A stretch of 64,000 bases of DNA from assembly GCA_963664395.2 (NCBI GenBank), contig OY761159.2, forward strand, positions 2,112,001 through 2,176,000, written 5' to 3'. The DNA comes from Candidatus Binatia bacterium. GTDB taxonomy: Bacteria; Desulfobacterota; Binatia; Bin18. A program made the translations under genes and the position numbers. This document shows, one piece after another, positions 10,136-19,450 of the stretch. The notes beneath the pieces were generated by a model. It was not told where the DNA came from and searched no databases. It saw only the letters and a program-made list of their open reading frames with translations. The stretch's first letter is position 1. Each line of letters starts with the position of its first letter.

Positions 10136-11330
10136 CTAGCGGCATCTTGGCTGGGACTCTCCTCCTCCCTCAGACTCGCGCCAGCTCGCGCACCAAGACC
10201 TGCAAGGATTGGGCATTATACGCCAAAAATGGTCAATATAGGGCAGGGCGGCCTTCATGCCCTGGGCGCGCGGTTCAAAGCTGGCGGCGCCGTACATGGG
10301 ATTGATCCAGACCACGCTGCGCACGCGTCGCCGCAGGGCGCGCATTTCGCGTTCAATGATCTCGGTGCGGCCGCTGTCATAGCCGTCACTGATAATAACG
10401 GCCCCCGTTGAGCGGGCCGAGCCTTCACGCAGAACACTCCGGTTCAACTTGGTGAGTGCTCCGCCGATATCCGTGCCGCCGGACCAGTGGCGGACCGTCT
10501 CGCCGACCTGCTGCAAGGTGTGTTGCACCGAGCGGCGGCGCAGCACGGACGTGATCTCAGTGACAGCCGTGCTGAAAACCACCGTGCGCGCGTTCTTGAG
10601 CTCCTTCTGAATCCCCAGCATGAGCTGCAAAAGAAACGGATTAAACGCATCCATGGAGCCACTCACGTCGCACAACATCGCACAACAGGACGAGGCGAGT
10701 CTTGCGTACGCGGCGCTGGACCCGGGCGAGTTCAACCATATCCATGCCGTGCCGCATATTACGCCGGAGTAAGCGTCGCAGGTCTATCCGCCGGCCGCGT
10801 GGGGACGGTTTGAGACGCCGGCTGGGGCGGGTGGCGAGACGCCTGGCTAGGGCACGGACGATGTGTTCGATGGGGGGCGCTGCCTCATCCCAACGCGCCG
10901 TCAGGTTCAGGTCGCGCTGGGTCTCCTGTGCACTGGTATCTTCAAGCTGGCCAATAATGTCCTGGTGGGCCTCCTGCAAGCCCTGGTCGAAGTCGCCGCG
11001 GAGCAACTCGGTCTGCACGCCTATGCGGTAGCCTGCGTTCTCCGCTTCCCCGTACCAGTAGGCCTTGAACACCCGGTCAAATCGTTGTTCTGCCGCTTGA
11101 CTGCTGGCCAGATTCGTCCGCAGGGCGAGGCGGAAGTCGTCCTCATTGACAAACTGAATACTACGCAGGGAGCGGGCGACATCAATGACGCGGCCTGGGG
11201 TCACACCGAGTTGCGCCGCCTTGGCTAATCGACACAGCTCCAGCGTGCGTGTGAGCAGCGTCTCGGGTAGCTGACTCAGAGCGGAGGGGGCTTCTTTGGG
11301 GGGTTCCGCTGGAGGCGTATCCCCACTCAC
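10136..11330 (-). pseudogene. CoxE-like VWA-domain protein, frameshifted
   Basis: RRIDLRRLLRRNMRHG, LCDVSGSM, WSGGTDIG, IISDG and WINP motifs split over two ORFs. A 10-bp tandem duplication (TCGCACAACA at 10668-10687) breaks the frame, and a second shift near 10225 hides the natural end ...AYNAQSLQVLVRELARV. Confidence 0.85.
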
Positions 11331-11548
11331 TCCGTGCCACCCTTCAGGATGGTAGCCGCCCCAATGGTGTGTAAGCGCTCAATATCGTCATGGTATTTCA
11401 GAATCACACCGGCAGTGTCCTCCAGAGTTTCCGCCCGGAGTTCGTCAATCTCCAGTCCGAGCGCCCGGTCGGCGATATAATTCCACTGGGCAAATTGTGC
11501 CTGGACGGCCTCAACCGATTGAAAGACTGGACGGTTCTGTTCCGACAT
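11327..11548 (-). pseudogene. CoxD/MoxR AAA ATPase remnant (N- and C-termini fused, core deleted)
   Basis: N-terminal FQSVEAVQAQFAQWNYIADRAL joined directly to C-terminal ..LRAETLEDTAGVILKYHDDI; no Walker motifs; overlaps the coxE-like gene. Confidence 0.7.
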
Positions 11549-11628
11549 GATGATTCCCGAGTTTTTCTTCCTGGTCGGGCTGAGTCAGGGCTTCATCTCC
11601 CTGCCCGACCGAGTATCTGGAGAGCCGG

Positions 11629-14600
11629 CTACAGTGCCGCCACGCTGAGCGCGTTTGAGCGCTCGGCCAGCCGCTGCTCAAAAGCGGCCAGCTCGTCATC
11701 CAGGATACTGAAGTATGTGGCTTGGGGATGATGAAAGACAAGCGCCGAGACCGAGGCTTCCGGTTCCATCATGTATCCCTCGGTCAGCTCGACGCCGATT
11801 GAGGCGGTGATTGGCAGCAACTGAAACAGGCGTTCCTGGTCTTCGAGGCGCGGACACGCCGGATAGCCGAAACTCACCCGGACACCGCGATACCGGGCCT
11901 TGAAGCGATCCCGCATGGTCAGCTCCGGCGGGTCGGCAAAGCCCCACATCTCGCGCAGGCGCTGATGGAGCAGTTCGGCAAACGCCTCCGCGCTTTCAAT
12001 AGCAAGGGCTTGCAGGATATGGGACTGGAGGTAGTGGCCCGCTTGGCGGTACTGTTCCGACAGTTCTCGTACACCGTGGCCACAGGTCACGACGAACAGC
12101 GCGATATAGTCCGGTTTGCCAGCGCTCGTCGGAGCCACGAAATCACTCAGACAGCGGCCCTCTCCATGCTGTTGACGGGGGAAGAGAAATGTCTCGACAA
12201 TATCTTTTCCGTTCGCCTGGTACAGCCGCAGGCTGTCGCCTTCTGCCTGGGCCGGAAAGAATTTATAGACCGCTTGAGCGCGCAGCAGTTTTTTTGCAAT
12301 AACCTCATCCATCACGGCTTCGACCTGTCGGTGTAACGCGACGGCTTTCTCGTTGCCCTGCGCTAATAAGGTCTCAAGATTGCCCTTGAGCCCCAGGTGC
12401 TTGCCGTACAGCATGCTCGGGTTGAGATAGGCGAAGATCGCCTCCAGATCATAATCAGCGAGCGTATGCGGACGCAGATCGGGCGGGAGTGGGGCGGGCT
12501 GTTCGTGTGCCAGCACGGCCGGTTGTACTCTGGGTGCAGATTTTCGCGGCTGAGACTTGCGGTCCTGCTGGGCTAAACGGGCCCGTTCTTTTTCAAGGTC
12601 CAGAATGAGCGCCGCGTGCTTGTCTTCATCCACAAGCCGGTTGGCCAGATCGAGTCCGCGCATGGCATCGTGAGCGTAACAGACCAGGCCGTCGTACTCG
12701 GGGGCAATTTTATTGGCGGTAAAACGTGGGGTGAGCGCAGCTCCACCAACCAGAATCGGACAGGCGACCTGGGCATTCTTGAGGTCCTGGGCCGTCACCA
12801 CCATCTGTTGGGCCGATTTGACCAGCAAACCGGACAGGCCCACAATATCCGGCTGATGTTCACGGACGGCTTCTATGAGTGTCTCAGGTGCGACTTTAAT
12901 ACCGAGGTTCACCACGCGGTAGCCGTTGTTTGACAGGATGATCTCAACCAGGTTTTTCCCGATATCATGCACATCGCCCTTGACGGTGGCCAGGATGACG
13001 GTGCCTTTGAGTGCACTGTCAGTTTTCTCCATAAAGGGTTCGAGATGACTCACCGCAGCCTTCATTGACTCAGCGCTTTGCAAGACCTCGGCCACAATGA
13101 GTTCATTGTTGTTGAACAGTCGTCCGACTTCATCCATCCCGGCCATGAGCGGCCCATTGATGATATTCAGTGGCAACTGATCGCGGAGGGCGGTGTTGAG
13201 GTCGGCAATCAGGCCGTCTTTTGAGCCTTCTATGATATAACGAGCCAGCCGTTCGTCCAGCGGAAGGGCGGCGTACGTATCCTCAATCACAGTTTCTTTT
13301 TTCTGTCGAAAGTGTGCGGCAAAAGCAGCCACCGGGTCCTCACTGCGCCAATAAATCAGATCATCCGCGAGTTGTTTTTCTTCTGCGGCAATCGAGGCGT
13401 AGCGTTCCAACCTTTCCGTGTTCACAATAGCCAAGTCGAGACCGGCTTTGACACAGTGGTAGAGAAACACGGAGTTCAGCACCTCTCGGCCGGCCGGCGG
13501 GAGGCCAAAGGAGACATTGCTGATACCCAGGATGGTCTTGCACGCCGGCAGCTCTTGTTTAATCAGCCGGACGCCTTCAATCGTCTCTTCCCCTGCGCCA
13601 ATATAGTTGTGGTCACCGGTTCCGAGTGGAAATACCAGCGGATCAAAAATGAGATCTTCAGCCGACAGGCCGTATTTGTGGGTGAGCAGCGCATAGCTCC
13701 GTTTCGCAACTGCGAGTTTTCGCCGCCGGGTGACCGCCATTCCCTGTTGCGGGTCTTCATCAATACAGCCCACAACCACCGCCGCGCCGTAGCGTTTGAT
13801 GAGCGGCACGACCTGCGCAAACCGTTCCTCGCCGTCTTCCAGGTTGATCGAGTTGACAATCGCTTTGCCCTGTGACTGTTCAAGCGCGGCTTCAATGACC
13901 CGTGCGTCAGTCGAGTCGATCATCAGGGGAACTTTGATCTTCCGCACCAGAATGTCCAGGAAGGCGGTCATATCGCTGAGTTCTTCGCGGTCCGGGTCTG
14001 CGACGCACACATCCACGATTTGGGCTCCACCCCGCACCTGCCGGCGGCCGATTTCTGCGCCTTCTTCAAACGCACCCTCAGTGAGGAGCCGCTTGAATTT
14101 GCGTGACCCAATCACGTTCGTTCGCTCACCGACCAGCACCGGACGTTTGTCGTCGTCAATCACCAGGGGTTCGAGCCCGGACACCACACTCCGTTTGGTC
14201 GTCGGCAGGGTCCGCGGCCGCTTGCCCTCCAGCATGTGCCTGAGCAATTCGATGTGGGCCGGCGTCGTGCCGCAGCAGCCGCCCAGCATATTGAGCCAGC
14301 CGGCATCAACAAAACGTTCGAGCTTGGCCGCAATCATCTCGGGCGATTCGTTGTAGTGTCCTTCTTCATCCGGCAACCCGGCGTTCGGAATACACACTGC
14401 AGGGAAACGAGAGAGCGCAGCTAAGGTCCGTAAATGATCGGTCATAAAATCGGGGCCGGTGGCACAGTTCAGTCCGAGCGCGAACAGGTCATGGTGCGCC
14501 ACGGAGGTATAGAGCGCCTCCACCCCCTGCCCGGCCAACATCGTCCCCATCGTTTCAATCGTGATGGAGACGGCGACCGGCACGCGCTGCCCGACCGTCC

Positions 14601-15186
14601 GAAACGCGTCGTCGATTCCCACCAGGCCCGATTTCAGATTGAGCGTGTCTTGGGTGGTTTCCATCACCAGCAGGTCCACGCCACCCCGCAGCAGACCTGC
14701 TGCTTGTTCGGCATAGGTGTGCCGCAGTTGGCTGAAGGTCACACCGCCCGTGACGGAAATCGTTTTTGTGGTCGGCCCCATGGAGCCGGCCACAAAGCGA
14801 GGCTTTTGGAGTGAGCTATACCGTTGGGCACTGGCCCGAGCAAGCTGGGCCGCGGCCTGGTTTATTTCTCCCGCTTTCTCTTGCAGACCATATTCGGCCA
14901 GAACGATACTGGCAGCGCCAAAGGTATTCGTCTCAATAATATCCGACCCGGCCTGCAAGAAGCCGTCATGAATCTTCGTAATCGCCGCGGGGCAGGTCAA
15001 TACCAGGTGTTCATTACAGCCTTCGTACTCAAGGCCGCCGAAATCTTCGGCGCATAGATTTTGGGCTTGGATGGAGGTCCCCATTGCGCCATCAAAGAGC
15101 AGCACCCGTTCGCGCAGGAGGGCGTACAGTTCCGTTGTCGTAGCCGATAAGGAAGGCCGTGTGTCGTTCAAATCTCTTATCCTCAC
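11629..15186 (-). CDS. metH: Cobalamin-dependent methionine synthase
   Basis: DGAMGT, GGCCGT, GERTN, ATVKGDVHDIGKNLV B12-binding motif, FGYPACP and PEASVS activation domain. Confidence 0.97.
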   Translation of the reverse strand: MRIRDLNDTRPSLSATTTELYALLRERVLLFDGAMGTSIQAQNLCAEDFGGLEYEGCNEHLVLTCPAAITKIHDGFLQAGSDIIETNTFGAASIVLAEYGLQEKAGEINQAAAQLARASAQRYSSLQKPRFVAGSMGPTTKTISVTGGVTFSQLRHTYAEQAAGLLRGGVDLLVMETTQDTLNLKSGLVGIDDAFRTVGQRVPVAVSITIETMGTMLAGQGVEALYTSVAHHDLFALGLNCATGPDFMTDHLRTLAALSRFPAVCIPNAGLPDEEGHYNESPEMIAAKLERFVDAGWLNMLGGCCGTTPAHIELLRHMLEGKRPRTLPTTKRSVVSGLEPLVIDDDKRPVLVGERTNVIGSRKFKRLLTEGAFEEGAEIGRRQVRGGAQIVDVCVADPDREELSDMTAFLDILVRKIKVPLMIDSTDARVIEAALEQSQGKAIVNSINLEDGEERFAQVVPLIKRYGAAVVVGCIDEDPQQGMAVTRRRKLAVAKRSYALLTHKYGLSAEDLIFDPLVFPLGTGDHNYIGAGEETIEGVRLIKQELPACKTILGISNVSFGLPPAGREVLNSVFLYHCVKAGLDLAIVNTERLERYASIAAEEKQLADDLIYWRSEDPVAAFAAHFRQKKETVIEDTYAALPLDERLARYIIEGSKDGLIADLNTALRDQLPLNIINGPLMAGMDEVGRLFNNNELIVAEVLQSAESMKAAVSHLEPFMEKTDSALKGTVILATVKGDVHDIGKNLVEIILSNNGYRVVNLGIKVAPETLIEAVREHQPDIVGLSGLLVKSAQQMVVTAQDLKNAQVACPILVGGAALTPRFTANKIAPEYDGLVCYAHDAMRGLDLANRLVDEDKHAALILDLEKERARLAQQDRKSQPRKSAPRVQPAVLAHEQPAPLPPDLRPHTLADYDLEAIFAYLNPSMLYGKHLGLKGNLETLLAQGNEKAVALHRQVEAVMDEVIAKKLLRAQAVYKFFPAQAEGDSLRLYQANGKDIVETFLFPRQQHGEGRCLSDFVAPTSAGKPDYIALFVVTCGHGVRELSEQYRQAGHYLQSHILQALAIESAEAFAELLHQRLREMWGFADPPELTMRDRFKARYRGVRVSFGYPACPRLEDQERLFQLLPITASIGVELTEGYMMEPEASVSALVFHHPQATYFSILDDELAAFEQRLAERSNALSVAAL

Positions 15187-15429
15187 CCTTTCATCATACG
15201 GAGGCCGACGTGGGGGATAAAGAGACTGGAGACGGTCGTGTCAAAAAGACCCGGCTCTCGGCAGCCGTCGGCAGCTCCACGTGAATAAGGGGCGCTCCGC
15301 TTAATGCAGTGCCTCTTATATACGCCAGGAATTTTCTTGTCTAATAGGCCGCGCCTGCAGTGCGGACACAAAAAGGGGATTGCCACAACATAGTGGAGGC
15401 GTTAGGGGGAGAAAAATGGGAGAATACTC

Positions 15430-17055
15430 ATGCAGCCTTTTTTTGAAGAATCGTTAGCCGAACATTTGACGCGTATCGAACATTATATGCGGGGGTGTGA
15501 GTTGCTTGATTTCCCGCGCGAAGCCAGCGTCTTACGGGCCGAACTTGCCGCGTTCATGCGAGCCCACGCGACCTCCGTTGTACAAGAATGGGTCGGACTG
15601 ATTGCACCGACGTTCCCGATTCCAACCGATCGCGTCCTTGGGGTCACACGCGATATGCGGGCCGCCCTCCTGCGTTGGGCCCAGCATATCGAGGCCCCCC
15701 ACGATACGCAGACCTACGAATATCTGCGCGAACATGCCCGGCAGGGGTTTATCTCTCTTTTCCCGGCCTCCCGTTTCCTGGCCAGCCAGATGAAAATTCG
15801 CCTGCTGATCGCGGAGCGTTTACGCGGCGCGTATGCGAAAGATCGGAAGAAACTCGTTGCCCTGCTGACCTTGCTGGACCAGGAGTTCTCCGAACGTCTT
15901 TTGCATATTACGGACTTCTTTGTTGAAGCCCGAGAAGAAGCGCTGCGGGATGAAGAGGAACGTCATCGCAAGGCGGTTGATTATGCCCCGGCGCCAATCT
16001 TTCAGATCAGCGGCTCTGACGGCACGATTCAGCAGGCCAATCGAGAAGCGGAGAAAGCCACCGGTATGTCCCAGACTGAGCTGGCGGGGCGGGCCATTTG
16101 GGACCTTCATCCCCCAGAGGAAAAAGCCCACGTCCGCCAGCTCTATCACGAGACATTGAAACGGGGCTATCTGGGCTGGGAAGACCTGCGTCTGGGAACG
16201 AAAAAGGGAGGGGACGTTGTTCCGGTCTCTGTCTATTTTGGGGCGATCGAGCATCGCGGAGAAAAAACCATCCAGGGCATCTATGTGGACATTTCCGATC
16301 GGCGCCAGTTGGAGAGCCAATTGATCCAATCAGAAAAAATGGCGGCAATCGGACAGCTGGCAGCTGGTATCGCCCACGAAATTCGCAATCCCCTCGGTAT
16401 CATTTTGAATGCGTTATACGATCTGGACCACATCGCAGATACAACCAACCCGGAGATTCATGAGGATCTGCACATCGCCAAGGAGGAAATTACTCGCGCC
16501 CAAGAAATCATCACCAATCTGCTTGAGTTCTCACGCGAGGGCGGGACCGATATGGAAGAGGTCGCCCTTGACGATCTGCTTGGGAAAACGCTCCAATTCA
16601 TGCGGAAATATTTGGAGACGCATAATATCCAAGTCGCGACCCACTTTGGTGATGTTGGCCGCTGTCTGACCAACCAGAACGCCCTGCGCCAAGTCTTTCT
16701 GAATCTCATAACCAATGCGGTTCAGGCCATGCCGCAGGGGGGCGAGTTGCGCTTACAGACCAAGCGGAATGCTCACAATCACGTCACGATTGAATTCAGC
16801 GATACGGGTGTCGGCATTCCCGCACATCAGCTGAACAGCATCTTCAACCCCTTTTTTACGACAAAGGAGCCCGGCCAAGGGACCGGCCTCGGCCTCTCGA
16901 TCGTTCATTCAGTGATCAAACGCTACCAGGGGGATATTGTCGTGCACAGCGCGGTGAACCAGGGCACGACGTTTCTCATCGAGCTTCCCTGTCCGTGCGC
17001 GAATGAATCCCCGGTTCTGGAAGCAGCCTCGACTGAACGGCTGTCCGTTCCCTAA
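15430..17055 (+). CDS. Cytoplasmic PAS-domain sensor histidine kinase with an all-helical N-terminal input domain
   Basis: AHEIRNPL H-box, NLITNAVQA N-box, DTGVGI, FNPFFTTK, GTGLGL; PAS region before the H-box. Confidence 0.92.
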   Translation: MQPFFEESLAEHLTRIEHYMRGCELLDFPREASVLRAELAAFMRAHATSVVQEWVGLIAPTFPIPTDRVLGVTRDMRAALLRWAQHIEAPHDTQTYEYLREHARQGFISLFPASRFLASQMKIRLLIAERLRGAYAKDRKKLVALLTLLDQEFSERLLHITDFFVEAREEALRDEEERHRKAVDYAPAPIFQISGSDGTIQQANREAEKATGMSQTELAGRAIWDLHPPEEKAHVRQLYHETLKRGYLGWEDLRLGTKKGGDVVPVSVYFGAIEHRGEKTIQGIYVDISDRRQLESQLIQSEKMAAIGQLAAGIAHEIRNPLGIILNALYDLDHIADTTNPEIHEDLHIAKEEITRAQEIITNLLEFSREGGTDMEEVALDDLLGKTLQFMRKYLETHNIQVATHFGDVGRCLTNQNALRQVFLNLITNAVQAMPQGGELRLQTKRNAHNHVTIEFSDTGVGIPAHQLNSIFNPFFTTKEPGQGTGLGLSIVHSVIKRYQGDIVVHSAVNQGTTFLIELPCPCANESPVLEAASTERLSVP

Positions 17056-17078
17056 GACATCCCGTTGAGACTACTATC

Positions 17079-18440
17079 ATGCCTGGACATCTTCTCCTGG
17101 TCGAAGACGAAGCGAATATGGCCAAGATGCAGACCAAGATTCTGCAACGTAAAGGCTATACGGTAGAAGCCGTCTGTCATGGCCAAGCAGCACTCCAGGT
17201 GCTTGGCCAGACAAATTTTGACGTCGTCATCACTGACCTCAAGATGCCGGTCATGGATGGGATGCAACTCCTGGGCGAGATGCGGGCGCGCTCCTATGAG
17301 TGTCCGGTGATTGTCCTGACCGGCTACGGCACAATTGAAAGCGCGGTTGAAGCCATGCAGTCCGGAGCGGCGGATTATCTCACCAAACCCTGCAACCCGG
17401 ATGAGCTGCTCCTCAAAGTCGAGAAGCTGGTTGAAACACGTCGTCTCCGCCAAGAGGTGGCGCAACTCCGGCACGAGGTACGGAGCTATAAGCGCTTTGG
17501 TGAACTCATCGGACACAGTGCGGCCATGCGTCGCCTGTACGCCACTATTGGCTCAGTCAGCAGCAATAAAAGTACGGTGCTCATCACCGGAGAAAGCGGG
17601 ACCGGCAAGGAACTTGTGGCACGCACAATTCACCTTAAAGGACCGTGGGCCGGTCAGCCATTTCTCGCCCTCAACTGTGGCGCCATGTCTGAGACCCTGC
17701 TTGACAGCCAACTCTTTGGCCATAAGCGGGGCGCTTTTACCGGAGCCATTGCGGATCACGACGGCGTGTTCCAAGCGGCCAGCGGCGGCACCCTGTTCTT
17801 GGATGAAGTGGCGGAAATTCCGCTGGCGCTCCAGGGCAAATTTCTGCGCGCCATTCAAGAGCGGGAAGTCACGCCGTTAGGGGCCAGCCGCCCGATCAGG
17901 GTCGATGTCCGCATCATCGCGGCGAGCAATACCAACCTCGAACAGGCCCTCGCGGCTGGAACATTTCGGAAAGATTTATTCTATCGCCTGAATGTTGTCC
18001 CCATAGATATCCCGCCGCTCAAGGAACGGCGGGATGACATCCCCCTGCTGGTCGATCACCTCGTTGCGGTGTTCAGCACCGCATACAAGGTCCAACCAAA
18101 ACGCTTGACGGCCGAGGCCATGGACAAGCTTGTTGCGTATCCGTGGCCGGGGAATGTGCGTGAGTTACAAAATGTGATTGAGCGCCTGTTCGCATTACAT
18201 CACGGGCAAGAGATTACCCATGCCGACCTGCCGACTCCTATTAGCGGGTTTGCGCACTCCGAACCACATTTTGAGGCGTGGGCGGACATGCCTTCCTTAG
18301 CCGCTATGGAACGGGCTCTCATCCTGGCAGCCCTGCGTCGGGGACACGGCAACAAAAACGAAGCCGCGCGCCTGCTCAAGATTGACCGCCAACGCCTGTA
18401 TCGGAAGATGGAGAAGTATCAGCTCGAGAGCGGAGACTAA
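17079..18440 (+). CDS. Sigma54-dependent NtrC-family response regulator
   Basis: Receiver (DLKMP), GESGTGKE, GAFTGA, WPGNVREL, Fis-type HTH. Confidence 0.95.
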   Translation: MPGHLLLVEDEANMAKMQTKILQRKGYTVEAVCHGQAALQVLGQTNFDVVITDLKMPVMDGMQLLGEMRARSYECPVIVLTGYGTIESAVEAMQSGAADYLTKPCNPDELLLKVEKLVETRRLRQEVAQLRHEVRSYKRFGELIGHSAAMRRLYATIGSVSSNKSTVLITGESGTGKELVARTIHLKGPWAGQPFLALNCGAMSETLLDSQLFGHKRGAFTGAIADHDGVFQAASGGTLFLDEVAEIPLALQGKFLRAIQEREVTPLGASRPIRVDVRIIAASNTNLEQALAAGTFRKDLFYRLNVVPIDIPPLKERRDDIPLLVDHLVAVFSTAYKVQPKRLTAEAMDKLVAYPWPGNVRELQNVIERLFALHHGQEITHADLPTPISGFAHSEPHFEAWADMPSLAAMERALILAALRRGHGNKNEAARLLKIDRQRLYRKMEKYQLESGD

Positions 18441-18614
18441 TCCGGCTGCCTGCTCCTGGGTTTTGAGGACATTTCGCGCCGCAGAAGCGAGATTGCGGAA
18501 TAATCCTCATGGTGAACGACCTGAACATGGACAAGAAGGAGCAGGAGTATCTGGCCGTTGGCTCTTCTCAAACTATTGCCTTGCCGTACTCTATAATATG
18601 GGTAATATGGGAGC

Positions 18615-18863
18615 GTGAAAACGACGATTGATATCCATGACGAACTCCTGGCGCGGGCGAAACGTCACGCCAAGAAGACAGGTCGCCCCTTGCGTGCCGT
18701 GGTTGAGGACGGACTCCGTCAGGTCCTCGCCGCGCCCGCCTCCCGGAACCGCTACCGGCTGCCCGATTTGAGCACTGGCCATGCCGGCGCGGAGGACCCC
18801 CTCGAAGCCTACTCGTGGCAGGACCTGCGCGGGTTGGTCTACGGAGAGACTGAAACACAGTGA
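18615..18863 (+). CDS. vapB: VapB-type antitoxin (ribbon-helix-helix)
   Basis: MKTTIDIHDELLARAK...LRAVVEDGLR; overlaps the PIN toxin. Confidence 0.85.
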   Translation: MKTTIDIHDELLARAKRHAKKTGRPLRAVVEDGLRQVLAAPASRNRYRLPDLSTGHAGAEDPLEAYSWQDLRGLVYGETETQ

Positions 18864-19294
18864 TTGCGGTCGATACGAACCTGCTCGTGTACGCGCACCG
18901 CAAGGAATCCCGCGTGCACGAAACAGCCTTTACGATCGTGCGGGCGCTTGCCGAAGGGAGCCAAGTGTGGGCGATTCCCTGGCCCTGCTGCTACGAATTC
19001 CTGAGTGTTGTAACAAACCCCCGAATTTGGAAAGACACGGCAACATCGCCGGAGCGCGCATGGCGGCAACTCGAAGCCTGGGCCACATCGCCAAGCAACC
19101 GCCTGCTCGGCGAGACCGACGACTTTCTCAAGGTTTTGAGCAGCCTCGTGCAGCGGCCGCGGGTGCGTGGTGCGGTTGTACACGATGCCCGGATCGCCGC
19201 GCTCTGTCTGGCGCACGGTACTGAAGCGCTACTCACCCGTGATCGCGATTTCTCGTTATTTCCAGAGCTGCGAACACGTGATCCATTCAGTTAG
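18860..19294 (+). CDS. vapC: VapC PIN-domain toxin
   Basis: IAVDTNLLVYA, HDARIAA, TRDRDF. Confidence 0.92.
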   Translation: MIAVDTNLLVYAHRKESRVHETAFTIVRALAEGSQVWAIPWPCCYEFLSVVTNPRIWKDTATSPERAWRQLEAWATSPSNRLLGETDDFLKVLSSLVQRPRVRGAVVHDARIAALCLAHGTEALLTRDRDFSLFPELRTRDPFS

Positions 19295-19450
19295 GAAAAG
19301 GTTGAAGAATTATAGGGACGAAAGGATCGAGAGGGCCATGTCGGTTCAACACGAACCGAGCAGCGGCAGCGGCAGCGGGTAGAGGAGCCTTGTGGAGACT
19401 GGTACATACAGGGGGAAAACCGGCCCGCAGCATAGAGCGGAATCCCCATT

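Noticed and set aside
15187-15429. Possible SAM, SAH or cobalamin riboswitch in the metH leader
   Set aside because: The leader is GC-rich and could fold, but I could not match the conserved cores of SAM-I, SAH or cobalamin riboswitches by eye. An Rfam scan is needed.
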